From positions 288,001-352,000 of the forward strand of contig OY781945.1 of the NCBI GenBank assembly GCA_963677435.1: 64,000 nucleotides of DNA. The letters are read 5' to 3'. Positions 51,375-59,763 of the stretch are shown in pieces. A program made the translations under genes and the position numbers. The stretch comes from an uncultured Aliarcobacter sp. (lineage in GTDB: Bacteria; Campylobacterota; Campylobacteria; Campylobacterales; Arcobacteraceae). The notes under the pieces are model-generated. The model had not been told where the DNA came from, searched no databases, and saw only the letters and a program-made list of their open reading frames with translations. The first letter of the stretch is position 1. Each line of letters opens with the position of its first letter.

Positions 51375-54300
51375 CTACTTTTTAATCCACCTTTGTCTTA
51401 AATCTAATGTATGTGGGTATTCTTTATTTTTTGGCATTTCTTTGAAAAGAAGTTTTTTACTTCCTTTTTTATTTGTTAATGTTCTTGTTGCTTCATAGGA
51501 GAAAACAGAGTTAGCTTCCCCAGAAATTGTTGGTTCATAAGCTTCAACTTCACCTTGAGAGTGATTAAAGTCCCAATATCTATTTATTCTTCTTGATTCT
51601 GCTTCAAAAGAATTTACAGGGAATGTGTCATAACTTCTTCCACCTGGATGTGCAACAAAATAATTAAACCCACCAATAGATCTAGTATTCCATTTATCTA
51701 TTATATCAAAAGTTAAAGGAGTATCAACTTTAATGGTTGGATGAAGTGCTGACCAAGGCTGCCAAGCTTTATATCTAACTCCACTTACATACTCTCCTTC
51801 AATATCAGTTTTTGATAGTGGAACTTGAACTCCATTACAAGTTACTATGTATCTTTCTTCATTGAAATTTTCAATTTTTATTTGTAATCTCTCAACTGAT
51901 GAGTCAACATATCTTGATGTCCCTTGTGAACTTGATTCTTCTCCAAGAACATTCCATGGCTCAATAGCTGATCTAATTTCAACAGGCATTCCCTCAATCA
52001 TAGTCATTCCATATAATGGGAATCTAAATTCAAAGAATGGGTCAAACCAATCAAGTTTAAACTCATACCCCTCATCATTTAAGTATTGAACAACACTTCT
52101 TAGATCCTCTTTTACATAATGTTCAAGTAAGAATTTATCATGTAATCTTGTTCCCCATCTAACTAAATCATGTTTATATGGTTTTTTCCAAAAACAAGAA
52201 ACTAACGCACGCACCAATAACATTTGTAAAAGTGCCATTTGAGAGTGAGGTGGCATGTCAAAAGCTCTAAGCTCTAAAATACCAAGTCTTCCTGTACTAC
52301 TATCAGGAGAATAAAGTTTGTCTATACAAAATTCACTTCTATGAGTATTCCCTGTAATGTCTGTTAGCATATGTCTAAATAATCTATCCGTTAACCAAAA
52401 TGGAACATCACCACTTTCTGGAATTTGTGAAAAGGCAATCTCTAATTCATAAAGATTTTCTGCTCTTCCCTCATCAACTCTTGGAGCTTGTGAAGTTGGT
52501 CCTATAAATGCTCCTGAGAAAAGGTAAGATAAACCTGGATGGTGTTGCCAAAATGTGATTAAACTTCTAAGTAATTGAGGATTTCTTAAAAGTGGAGAAT
52601 CACTAGGTTTTAATGCTCCAATAGTAACATGGTTACCACCACCAGTTCCTGTGTGTCTACCATCAATCATAAACTTTTCAGTCCCAAGTCTGCAAAGTCT
52701 AGCATCTTCATAAAGTGCAAGTAGATTATCACTTAACTCTTTCCAAGAAGTTGCAGGTTGAATATTTACTTCAATAACACCAGGATCTGGAGTTACTTTG
52801 ATTCTATCTGTTCTTAAATCATGTGGAGGTTCATATCCCTCAATTATTACAGATAAATTTAATATAGTTGCAGTTTGTTCAATTGAAGCAATTAAATCTA
52901 AGAATACTTCTGTATCTTCAATTGGAGGAAGGAAAATACAAAGTTTATCATCTCTTATTTCAGATGTAATTGCAGTTCTTACAAAAGTGTTTGAATTAAA
53001 TTTATCAGTTGTTTTTTTGCTAACTTTTTTAACTCTTTTTTTCACATCTTTAATATAATCACCAAGGTCAGGAGCAAAGGCAAAAAGGTCTGTTTCAAAA
53101 CTTTTTTCTAGTTCAACAGGTGGTTTTACAATTAATGACTCTAATGGAAGTCTTAATCCCATTGGTGAATTTCCAGCACTTAAGAAAAGGTGATTTCTTC
53201 TAAATTCCCATTTTGAACTTATCCATTTTGAAACACCAAAATTTAAAGGTAAAACATATCCAACTTCATTGTTTAAACCTTGAGCTAATTTATCAGCTAT
53301 TGTTTTTCTTTCAAGTGGGTCTTTTAAATCATATTTTAAAGGGTCAATATCCAGAGGAAGTTCTGCTTCTTTCATAATATAATAGATTGGATCTTCAAAG
53401 GCTGGACTTATATTTTCATCACTAACACCTAAAACAGAAGCAAGTGTTGATAAAAAGTTTTTTGCATCAGCAGTTGTGTAGTCAAAAACATCATTTTTAT
53501 TTGCTAAAAGTGCAGGATTTTCCCAAACTGGTTTTTTATCTTTTCTCCAATAAATAGTTGTTTGCCATCTTGGAAGTGGTTCACCTGGGTACCATTTTCC
53601 TTGAGCATGGTGTAAAAGTCCACCAGTTGTAGTAGTTTCTAAAAGTCTTCTTGCTAGTTTTGTAGCTAATTCTCTTTTATGTTCACCATCTGCTTCACTA
53701 TTCCACTGAGCTGATTCCATATCATCAATAGAAACAAATGTTGGTTCACCTCCCATTGTTAGACGAACATCATTTTTTTCTAAATCTTCATCAACTTTAA
53801 ATCCAAGATTATAAATTGCATCCCATTGTTCTTCTTTATAAGGTTTTGTAACCCTTGGTGATTCAAAAATTCTTGTAACTTTATTCTCGAATTCAAACTC
53901 AGTTTCACATTTATCACTAAATCCTTCGATTGCATGGGCACTATTATAATGTGGTGTACAAGCTAATGGGATATGTCCTTCACCTGCAAATAATCCACTT
54001 GTACTATCAAGTCCAACCCAACCAGCACCTGGAATATAAACTTCTGTCCAAGCATGTAAATCTGTAAAGTCAGCTTCAGGACCACTTGGTCCATCAAGTG
54101 ATTTAACATCGGCTGTTAGTTGAACTAAATATCCAGATACAAAACGGCTAGCAAGTCCTAAATGTCTTAAAACTTGTACAAAAAGCCAAGCAGAATCTCT
54201 ACAAGAACCCAATTTATTTTCTAAAGTGGTCTTACAAGTTTGAACACCTGCTTCTAGTCTTACTGTATAGTTTACATATTGGTTAATTTTTTGATTAACT

Positions 54301-54740
54301 TCTACTAAAAAATCAATAATAGGTTTTTCACTTTTATCAATACTTTTTACAAAATCTTTTAGAAGCTTACCTTTTTCATTGATTTTTAAATAAGGTTTCA
54401 ACTCTTTCTTTAAGTCTTTTTTGTATTCAAAAGGAAAGTTTGTTGCACTTTCTTCAACAAAAAAGTCAAAAGGATTTAATGTAATTAAATCGGCAATAAT
54501 TTCAACATCAATAAAAAACTCTTTTGTTTTTTCAGGAAAAACTACTCTTGCTTGGTAGTTTCCAAATGGATCTTGCTGCCAATTTAAGAAGTGACTATCA
54601 GGTTTTATTTTTAGAGAATAAGCTTCAATTGGAGTTCTACTATGAGGCGCTGGTCTTAATCTTATTATATGTGGAGATAAAGATATAGGTTTATCATATT
54701 TATAGTGAGTTTTATGTGAAATAACTACCTTTAAAGACAT
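51375..54740 (-). CDS. Transglutaminase fused to DUF2126 putative amidoligase (glutamine synthetase/GCS-like)
   Basis: GSCRDSAW, DLHAWTE, GLDSTSG; TMGGEPTF, PDPGVIEVN, GTGGGNH, HRSEFCIDK, ELRAF. Confidence 0.93.
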   Translation of the reverse strand: MSLKVVISHKTHYKYDKPISLSPHIIRLRPAPHSRTPIEAYSLKIKPDSHFLNWQQDPFGNYQARVVFPEKTKEFFIDVEIIADLITLNPFDFFVEESATNFPFEYKKDLKKELKPYLKINEKGKLLKDFVKSIDKSEKPIIDFLVEVNQKINQYVNYTVRLEAGVQTCKTTLENKLGSCRDSAWLFVQVLRHLGLASRFVSGYLVQLTADVKSLDGPSGPEADFTDLHAWTEVYIPGAGWVGLDSTSGLFAGEGHIPLACTPHYNSAHAIEGFSDKCETEFEFENKVTRIFESPRVTKPYKEEQWDAIYNLGFKVDEDLEKNDVRLTMGGEPTFVSIDDMESAQWNSEADGEHKRELATKLARRLLETTTTGGLLHHAQGKWYPGEPLPRWQTTIYWRKDKKPVWENPALLANKNDVFDYTTADAKNFLSTLASVLGVSDENISPAFEDPIYYIMKEAELPLDIDPLKYDLKDPLERKTIADKLAQGLNNEVGYVLPLNFGVSKWISSKWEFRRNHLFLSAGNSPMGLRLPLESLIVKPPVELEKSFETDLFAFAPDLGDYIKDVKKRVKKVSKKTTDKFNSNTFVRTAITSEIRDDKLCIFLPPIEDTEVFLDLIASIEQTATILNLSVIIEGYEPPHDLRTDRIKVTPDPGVIEVNIQPATSWKELSDNLLALYEDARLCRLGTEKFMIDGRHTGTGGGNHVTIGALKPSDSPLLRNPQLLRSLITFWQHHPGLSYLFSGAFIGPTSQAPRVDEGRAENLYELEIAFSQIPESGDVPFWLTDRLFRHMLTDITGNTHRSEFCIDKLYSPDSSTGRLGILELRAFDMPPHSQMALLQMLLVRALVSCFWKKPYKHDLVRWGTRLHDKFLLEHYVKEDLRSVVQYLNDEGYEFKLDWFDPFFEFRFPLYGMTMIEGMPVEIRSAIEPWNVLGEESSSQGTSRYVDSSVERLQIKIENFNEERYIVTCNGVQVPLSKTDIEGEYVSGVRYKAWQPWSALHPTIKVDTPLTFDIIDKWNTRSIGGFNYFVAHPGGRSYDTFPVNSFEAESRRINRYWDFNHSQGEVEAYEPTISGEANSVFSYEATRTLTNKKGSKKLLFKEMPKNKEYPHTLDLRQRWIKK

Positions 54741-54858
54741 TTTAAATCCTTTTATTTAAATTAAAATTATTATACATGAATAAAATAAGTAAATTAATTA
54801 AATAGCTGTATATTAGTAATACAATTGTAATTTATATATATTGTTTATATTTTAATAC

Positions 54859-54872
54859 TTGATTCTAATCAA
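54859..54872. promoter_or_regulatory. FNR/Crp-family binding site
   Basis: Perfect TTGAT-tcta-ATCAA; TAGAAT -10 at 54895-54900 puts it at about -41.5. Confidence 0.8.
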
Positions 54873-54921
54873 TTAAAAAGAATTTGAATTCCTATAGAAT
54901 TATAAAAAAATAGGAGTTAAT

Positions 54922-55362
54922 ATGTTAATAAATAAGAATGATTTACCACTTGTAGCAATGGATTTTATGAATGATACACATTTTGAAGATGTGGAAATAA
55001 TAAATGAACTGTATAAATATATTTTAGAATATGAAAAAGAACAAAATGAATTAAGTCTAAAAAAACTAGAAACTAAATATAAAGAGTGGGGAAGACATAC
55101 TGAGAAACATTTTGAAACGGAAGAGATACAAATGAGAGAAAAAGGTTTTTTTGCCTATGAATTTCACAAAAATGAACATAATATGAATTTATCTGAAATA
55201 AAACAACTATTTAATAATTTTCAAAATACTAAAAATATCTTAGAATTAAAAAATTACTTTGAGAATAATCTTGTATCTTGGTTAGTTAATCATATTCAAA
55301 CAATGGATACAGTAACGGCAATGTTTTTAAAAACAGGAATGAGCCCTTGTTCGATACATTAA
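54922..55362 (+). CDS. Single-domain bacteriohemerythrin
   Basis: MNDTH, HTEKHFETEE..M, HKNEH, WLVNHIQTMD di-iron ligands. Confidence 0.92.
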   Translation: MLINKNDLPLVAMDFMNDTHFEDVEIINELYKYILEYEKEQNELSLKKLETKYKEWGRHTEKHFETEEIQMREKGFFAYEFHKNEHNMNLSEIKQLFNNFQNTKNILELKNYFENNLVSWLVNHIQTMDTVTAMFLKTGMSPCSIH

Positions 55363-55389
55363 TTAGCAAACTATAGTTTGTAGTGCTAG
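55363..55389. promoter_or_regulatory. CIRCE-like (HrcA) site 1
   Basis: TTAGCAAAC-N9-TAGTGCTAG vs consensus TTAGCACTC-N9-GAGTGCTAA. Confidence 0.65.
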
Positions 55390-55425
55390 TTAAGGATGAT
55401 CATTTTAATTATAATTTTAAAAATA

Positions 55426-55467
55426 TTGGCAATATATGTTGACAAGTGCTAAATAATATGTTAATAT
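55426..55467 (+). promoter_or_regulatory. CIRCE-like site 2 overlapping sigma70 promoter of hsp20
   Basis: TTGGCAATA-N9-AAGTGCTAA (55426-55452) overlapping TTGACA -35 (55439-55444); 17 bp to TGtTAATAT -10. Confidence 0.7.
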
Positions 55468-55475
55468 TTCATCAA

Positions 55476-55496
55476 CTTGATATAAATAGAGTCAAG
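55476..55496. promoter_or_regulatory. HAIR-like (HspR) operator
   Basis: CTTGATA-N7-AGTCAAG vs consensus CTTGAGT-N7-ACTCAAG. Confidence 0.7.
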
Positions 55497-55523
55497 TTTA
55501 GAATAATTTTAAAGGAGTTTATT

Positions 55524-55937
55524 ATGTTAATTACAAAATTTGATCCATTTAAACAACTAAAAGAGATAGAGAAAGATTTCTATAATCAATCAAAAAATGA
55601 AGGTGTTGGTGCTTTTGTTCCTACTGTAAATACAAGGGAAGGGGAGTTCGCTTATCATGTTGATGTAGATTTACCTGGTGTTAAAAAAGAAGATATCAAA
55701 GTAGATATTAACAAAGGAATTTTAACAATTAGTGGTGAAAGAAAAATAAAAGATGAAATAAAAAAAGAGGATTATTATAAAGTTGAAACATATTTTGGAA
55801 AATTCTCAAGAAGTTTCACTCTTCCTGATAATGCTGATATTGAAAATATAGAAGCGAGTAGTGATTCAGGAGTTTTAGAAGTAGTGATTCCAAAATTAAA
55901 AGATGATAATAGTAAAAAAAGTATAACGGTAAAATAA
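55524..55937 (+). CDS. Hsp20/alpha-crystallin small heat-shock protein (probable start 55524)
   Basis: DLPGVKKEDI, LTISGER, FGKFSRSFTLP, GVLEVVIPK; AAGGAG RBS before 55524. Confidence 0.95.
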   Translation: MLITKFDPFKQLKEIEKDFYNQSKNEGVGAFVPTVNTREGEFAYHVDVDLPGVKKEDIKVDINKGILTISGERKIKDEIKKEDYYKVETYFGKFSRSFTLPDNADIENIEASSDSGVLEVVIPKLKDDNSKKSITVK

Positions 55938-55977
55938 GAAGGATTTCTCCTTCTTATTAAATATAAGGAGGTTTAAA

Positions 55978-56082
55978 ATGAATAAAATAAAAGATAAAAG
56001 TACAAATAAAACAGATTTCATAATTTTAATGGGTATTTATGCTGTTTCAATAATAAGTTCTTTTTTTCTAATAAATGTATAA
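55978..56082 (+). CDS. Small 34-aa putative single-pass membrane protein
   Basis: AAGGAGG RBS then MNKIKDKSTNKTDFIILMGIYAVSIISSFFLINV*; below ORF track cutoff. Confidence 0.6.
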   Translation: MNKIKDKSTNKTDFIILMGIYAVSIISSFFLINV

Positions 56083-56087
56083 ATTTA

Positions 56088-57206
56088 TTAAGATAATTTT
56101 AAAACAGTTATTTCACTACTAGCACCTAATCTCATAGGTGGTCCCCAAAATCCTGTACCTTTATTTACATAAATTTGAGTGTAGTCATTAAAAGTATGAA
56201 GTCCTTTTACATAGGGTTGTTGGAGTTTTACTAAAAAATTAAAGGGAAAGATTTGGCCACCGTGGGTGTGTCCACTAAGTATTAAATCAATTCCTTTTGT
56301 ATTTTCTATCTCTTCAATAAACTTTGGTTGATGAGCCAAAAGAATAGTTGGAGAATTTTCTAAATTTTGCATGGCTTTATTAATATCAGGTATAAAATCA
56401 TTATATTTAAAACCAAATCTATCATAAACTCCACAAAGATTAAAGCCTTCGTCTTTTGAGCCAATATAAACATTTTCGTTTTCTAAAGTTTTTATTCCTA
56501 ATGAGTTCACATAATCTATAATTGGTTTAACCCCATGAAAATACTCATGATTTCCAACTATAAAATATGTTCCAAATTTTGATTTTATATTTTTAAGTTC
56601 ATTAAGAGCAGGAATAGCATATTCTAATTTTGTATCAACTAAATCACCTGTAATTACAACAGCATCAGCATTTAATATATTAATTTTATCTACTAGGGAT
56701 TTTATAAATTTTTTATCAATCAATCCACCGATGTGAACATCACTTATTTGTACTATATTATATGGCATTTTTAAATTATTTATTTTTACATCTACAACTT
56801 CAAGTTGAACATTTTTTGCATTATCCATAGCTTTTGCATTTGTAGCAATCACTAGGGAAATAGCTCCAATATCCAAACCTTTTTTAAAAAATTCTCTTCG
56901 ATTATTTTTGAATGGTGTTTTGTTGATACCAATAGAGATGATTTCATGTAATAGAGTAATAATAAATGTTAAAAAAATCATCCCAATCGGCAAGGAAAGG
57001 ACAAAATAGAGCCAATTAGGCACTATGGGATAGTATCTTGCCATTGGGTATAGAACAGCCCCAAAAAAAGTTATATATAATATTAGGCTAAGATACTTTT
57101 TCGTCTTATGTGTAAAATCAAGTTTATTTATAAGACGCTTTTTTATTATAAAAGTTTGAAAAGCAAAAACGATAATAAATACTAAAAAAAATATTATTAA
57201 ATTCAT
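56088..57206 (-). CDS. Membrane-anchored metallophosphoesterase
   Basis: SDVH, TGDLVD, GNHE, LAHQP, SGHTHGGQ. Confidence 0.93.
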   Translation of the reverse strand: MNLIIFFLVFIIVFAFQTFIIKKRLINKLDFTHKTKKYLSLILYITFFGAVLYPMARYYPIVPNWLYFVLSLPIGMIFLTFIITLLHEIISIGINKTPFKNNRREFFKKGLDIGAISLVIATNAKAMDNAKNVQLEVVDVKINNLKMPYNIVQISDVHIGGLIDKKFIKSLVDKINILNADAVVITGDLVDTKLEYAIPALNELKNIKSKFGTYFIVGNHEYFHGVKPIIDYVNSLGIKTLENENVYIGSKDEGFNLCGVYDRFGFKYNDFIPDINKAMQNLENSPTILLAHQPKFIEEIENTKGIDLILSGHTHGGQIFPFNFLVKLQQPYVKGLHTFNDYTQIYVNKGTGFWGPPMRLGASSEITVLKLS

Positions 57207-57261
57207 TTGTAATTGTAAACATTTTAAGTTAATGAAGGTTAAATGAAGAGTTTAGTTTCAC

Positions 57262-58563
57262 TTAAATTGTAATTCTTTTTATACTTTCTACTAAATTCAT
57301 AATCTCTTCTTTTGTTTGAGAAAAATGAATTGAGATTCTAACCCATCCTGGGCGATTATTCATATCTAACTCTTTTATTCCTAATAAATCATGGCCATAA
57401 GGTCCTGCACATGAACATCCAGCTCTTGTTTGGATATTATCATTTGAAGATAAATGATTACATAATTCATAAGGATTTATACCTTTTATATTAAAAGAGA
57501 TAATTCCAATATTTGAAGCCTCTTGATTTCCATATATTTCACAAGAGGGTATTTTTTTTAGTTCATTTATAAATATCTCTTTTAACTCTTCTTTTTGTTT
57601 TTTTATAAATTCAAAACCAACTTCATTTCTTAATTGATACGCTAGGGATGCACGAATAAATTGCAAAATTGGAGGAGTTCCTGCTTCTTCTCTTGTTTCT
57701 ATATCATTTTGATACATTTGAGAAGTCTTATTTACATATAAAACAGTTCCACCACCAGCAAATGAAGGAGCAATAGTTGTATCAATTAATGATTTTCTAA
57801 TCACTAATAAACCACAAGAAGCAGGGCCTCCTAAAAGTTTATGAGGTGACATAAATAAAGCATCATAAAGATGGCAAGGAATATTCATATATGGACTTGA
57901 AGCTGCTGCATCAAAACAAACTACAGCATTATAACTTCTTAATAATTTAGAAATTTCTTCATATGGAGTTATAATTCCTGTAACATTTGAAGCTATACAA
58001 AATGAAGCTATTATCTCTCTGCTTTTATTTTTTTCTAAAACTTCTTTTAAGTGATTTAAATCTATTAAACCCTCTTTATCTAAATCTATTCTTTGAATTT
58101 CACATAAAGCTTCTCTAAATGAAACTTCATTTGAGTGATGTTCATAAGGTCCTACAATTACCAAAGGAGCTTTTTGTTTATCAATCTCAAATCCAAATCT
58201 TTTTTTTGTTGAAGGAGGAATATATAATCCCATTAATTCTTGAAAATGTTTAATAGCAGCAGTTGTTCCACAACCACTTGGCAGTATCGCAAAATCTTCA
58301 CTAAGTTCTAGGTTCTTTGCAAGATTTGTTCTTGCCATTTCATAATAACTTGTTGTAGTATCGGCATTTGATGCCTCTTTTGAGTGAGTATTTGCATAAG
58401 TTTCAAGTACATCGTGGATTCTATTTTCTATTTGTCTAAAGGCTAATCCAGAAGCTGTATAATCAAAATACTCTTTTTTATTTTTCCCAATAGTGTTGTA
58501 TCTAATAAAATTTAATTTATCTGTGTTTTCATTGAAAAAAGGTCTGAAAATATTTTTGTTCAT
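57262..58563 (-). CDS. Class V PLP aminotransferase, cysteine desulfurase-like
   Basis: YFDYTASG, EHHSN, DAA, SPHK, AGTP, RAGCSCA. Confidence 0.9.
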   Translation of the reverse strand: MNKNIFRPFFNENTDKLNFIRYNTIGKNKKEYFDYTASGLAFRQIENRIHDVLETYANTHSKEASNADTTTSYYEMARTNLAKNLELSEDFAILPSGCGTTAAIKHFQELMGLYIPPSTKKRFGFEIDKQKAPLVIVGPYEHHSNEVSFREALCEIQRIDLDKEGLIDLNHLKEVLEKNKSREIIASFCIASNVTGIITPYEEISKLLRSYNAVVCFDAAASSPYMNIPCHLYDALFMSPHKLLGGPASCGLLVIRKSLIDTTIAPSFAGGGTVLYVNKTSQMYQNDIETREEAGTPPILQFIRASLAYQLRNEVGFEFIKKQKEELKEIFINELKKIPSCEIYGNQEASNIGIISFNIKGINPYELCNHLSSNDNIQTRAGCSCAGPYGHDLLGIKELDMNNRPGWVRISIHFSQTKEEIMNLVESIKRITI

Positions 58564-58668
58564 TTTTAATTGCTCTTTTGATTAGTTATAGTTATTAAGT
58601 TCATAATTTTAAGTTATTTATCATAAGAGTTAGCTTGAATAAAAAAAGCTTAAAAAAGCTTCTTTTAT

Positions 58669-59763
58669 TTAAGCAAAAGGATTAAAATCGATTTTCTCTA
58701 ACTCTTTAGCTAAGTTTTCTGCCCGTGAAGTTGGCACATCAAGAATAATAATATTACCTTTGTGTGAAATTCTAATTTTTGAAGCTTGATATCTTTCTAA
58801 TAAAGAAGATAAATAATCAAGATTAGTATTATGTATTGTTGATGAGTTGATTTTACAACCTATATAACTTTGTTCTTTTATATTACTCTCATTTATACCC
58901 ATTCTAGGTTTTCTAGGAATGGTATGCTCTTTTGTTTGTACATTTCTTTGAATTTTATAATTCATAGATGAGTTTACTACATCAAAAAACTTATATATTC
59001 CCCATTTTTTTACTAATGATTGAAAAGAGTTAAGTTCTGGATTTTCTCTATCTCCAAAATCTCTATAAATCTCAGCAATTGCTTTTGCTGCATTTATAAC
59101 TTGGGCACTAGTGATATATCCTAGGTTTATATCTAAAACTTTTATAGCAAATAGAACTTTGTCTTTATTATCTTTTATTGCATTAAAACTAACATCAGGA
59201 GTAATTTGTACATTACAACCTTCTTCATGACCGCTTATTGCCATTTGAAGTTTATTTGGTAAATTTGAGAATTTTTTATTCCCAATAAAAGTTTCATTTA
59301 ACTTATTTGCCAACTCAGAAACATTAAATATCTGAGAGTCATCAATCGTATTAATAGGACAAGTAAGAACTCTTCTTACTGTATGTCCTGCTTCAAAAGA
59401 GGTTTCTAAACCCACTTCTTGAAGAATATTAAAGATATTTGGTAAATTAAATATTTTTATATCTTTTAATTCAACTTTTTGACTAGATGAAAAAACTAAA
59501 CTATTATTTGCATACTCTTTTGAAATTAAACTAAGTGCTTTTATTTGTTGAAGATTTAATTCACCCATTGATAATGGAATTTTTAGCTCAAAGAATTCTT
59601 GTTTTTCATCTTGGGCATAAATTCCATACCATTTGAATCTTTCTAAATCTTCACTACTTATTTTTTCTCCAAAAACAGCATGAAAAAAGATGTCTGCTAA
59701 AACATCTATTTCATTTTTTTCTTGTTTAATTTTTTCTATATTTAATGTTAAATTATTAGACAT
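58669..59763 (-). CDS. Truncated/degenerate nitrite/sulfite reductase hemoprotein-like protein
   Basis: RFKWYGIY, VRRVLTCP, NLPNKLQMAISG; lacks C-terminal siroheme/4Fe-4S Cys motifs. Confidence 0.7.
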   Translation of the reverse strand: MSNNLTLNIEKIKQEKNEIDVLADIFFHAVFGEKISSEDLERFKWYGIYAQDEKQEFFELKIPLSMGELNLQQIKALSLISKEYANNSLVFSSSQKVELKDIKIFNLPNIFNILQEVGLETSFEAGHTVRRVLTCPINTIDDSQIFNVSELANKLNETFIGNKKFSNLPNKLQMAISGHEEGCNVQITPDVSFNAIKDNKDKVLFAIKVLDINLGYITSAQVINAAKAIAEIYRDFGDRENPELNSFQSLVKKWGIYKFFDVVNSSMNYKIQRNVQTKEHTIPRKPRMGINESNIKEQSYIGCKINSSTIHNTNLDYLSSLLERYQASKIRISHKGNIIILDVPTSRAENLAKELEKIDFNPFA

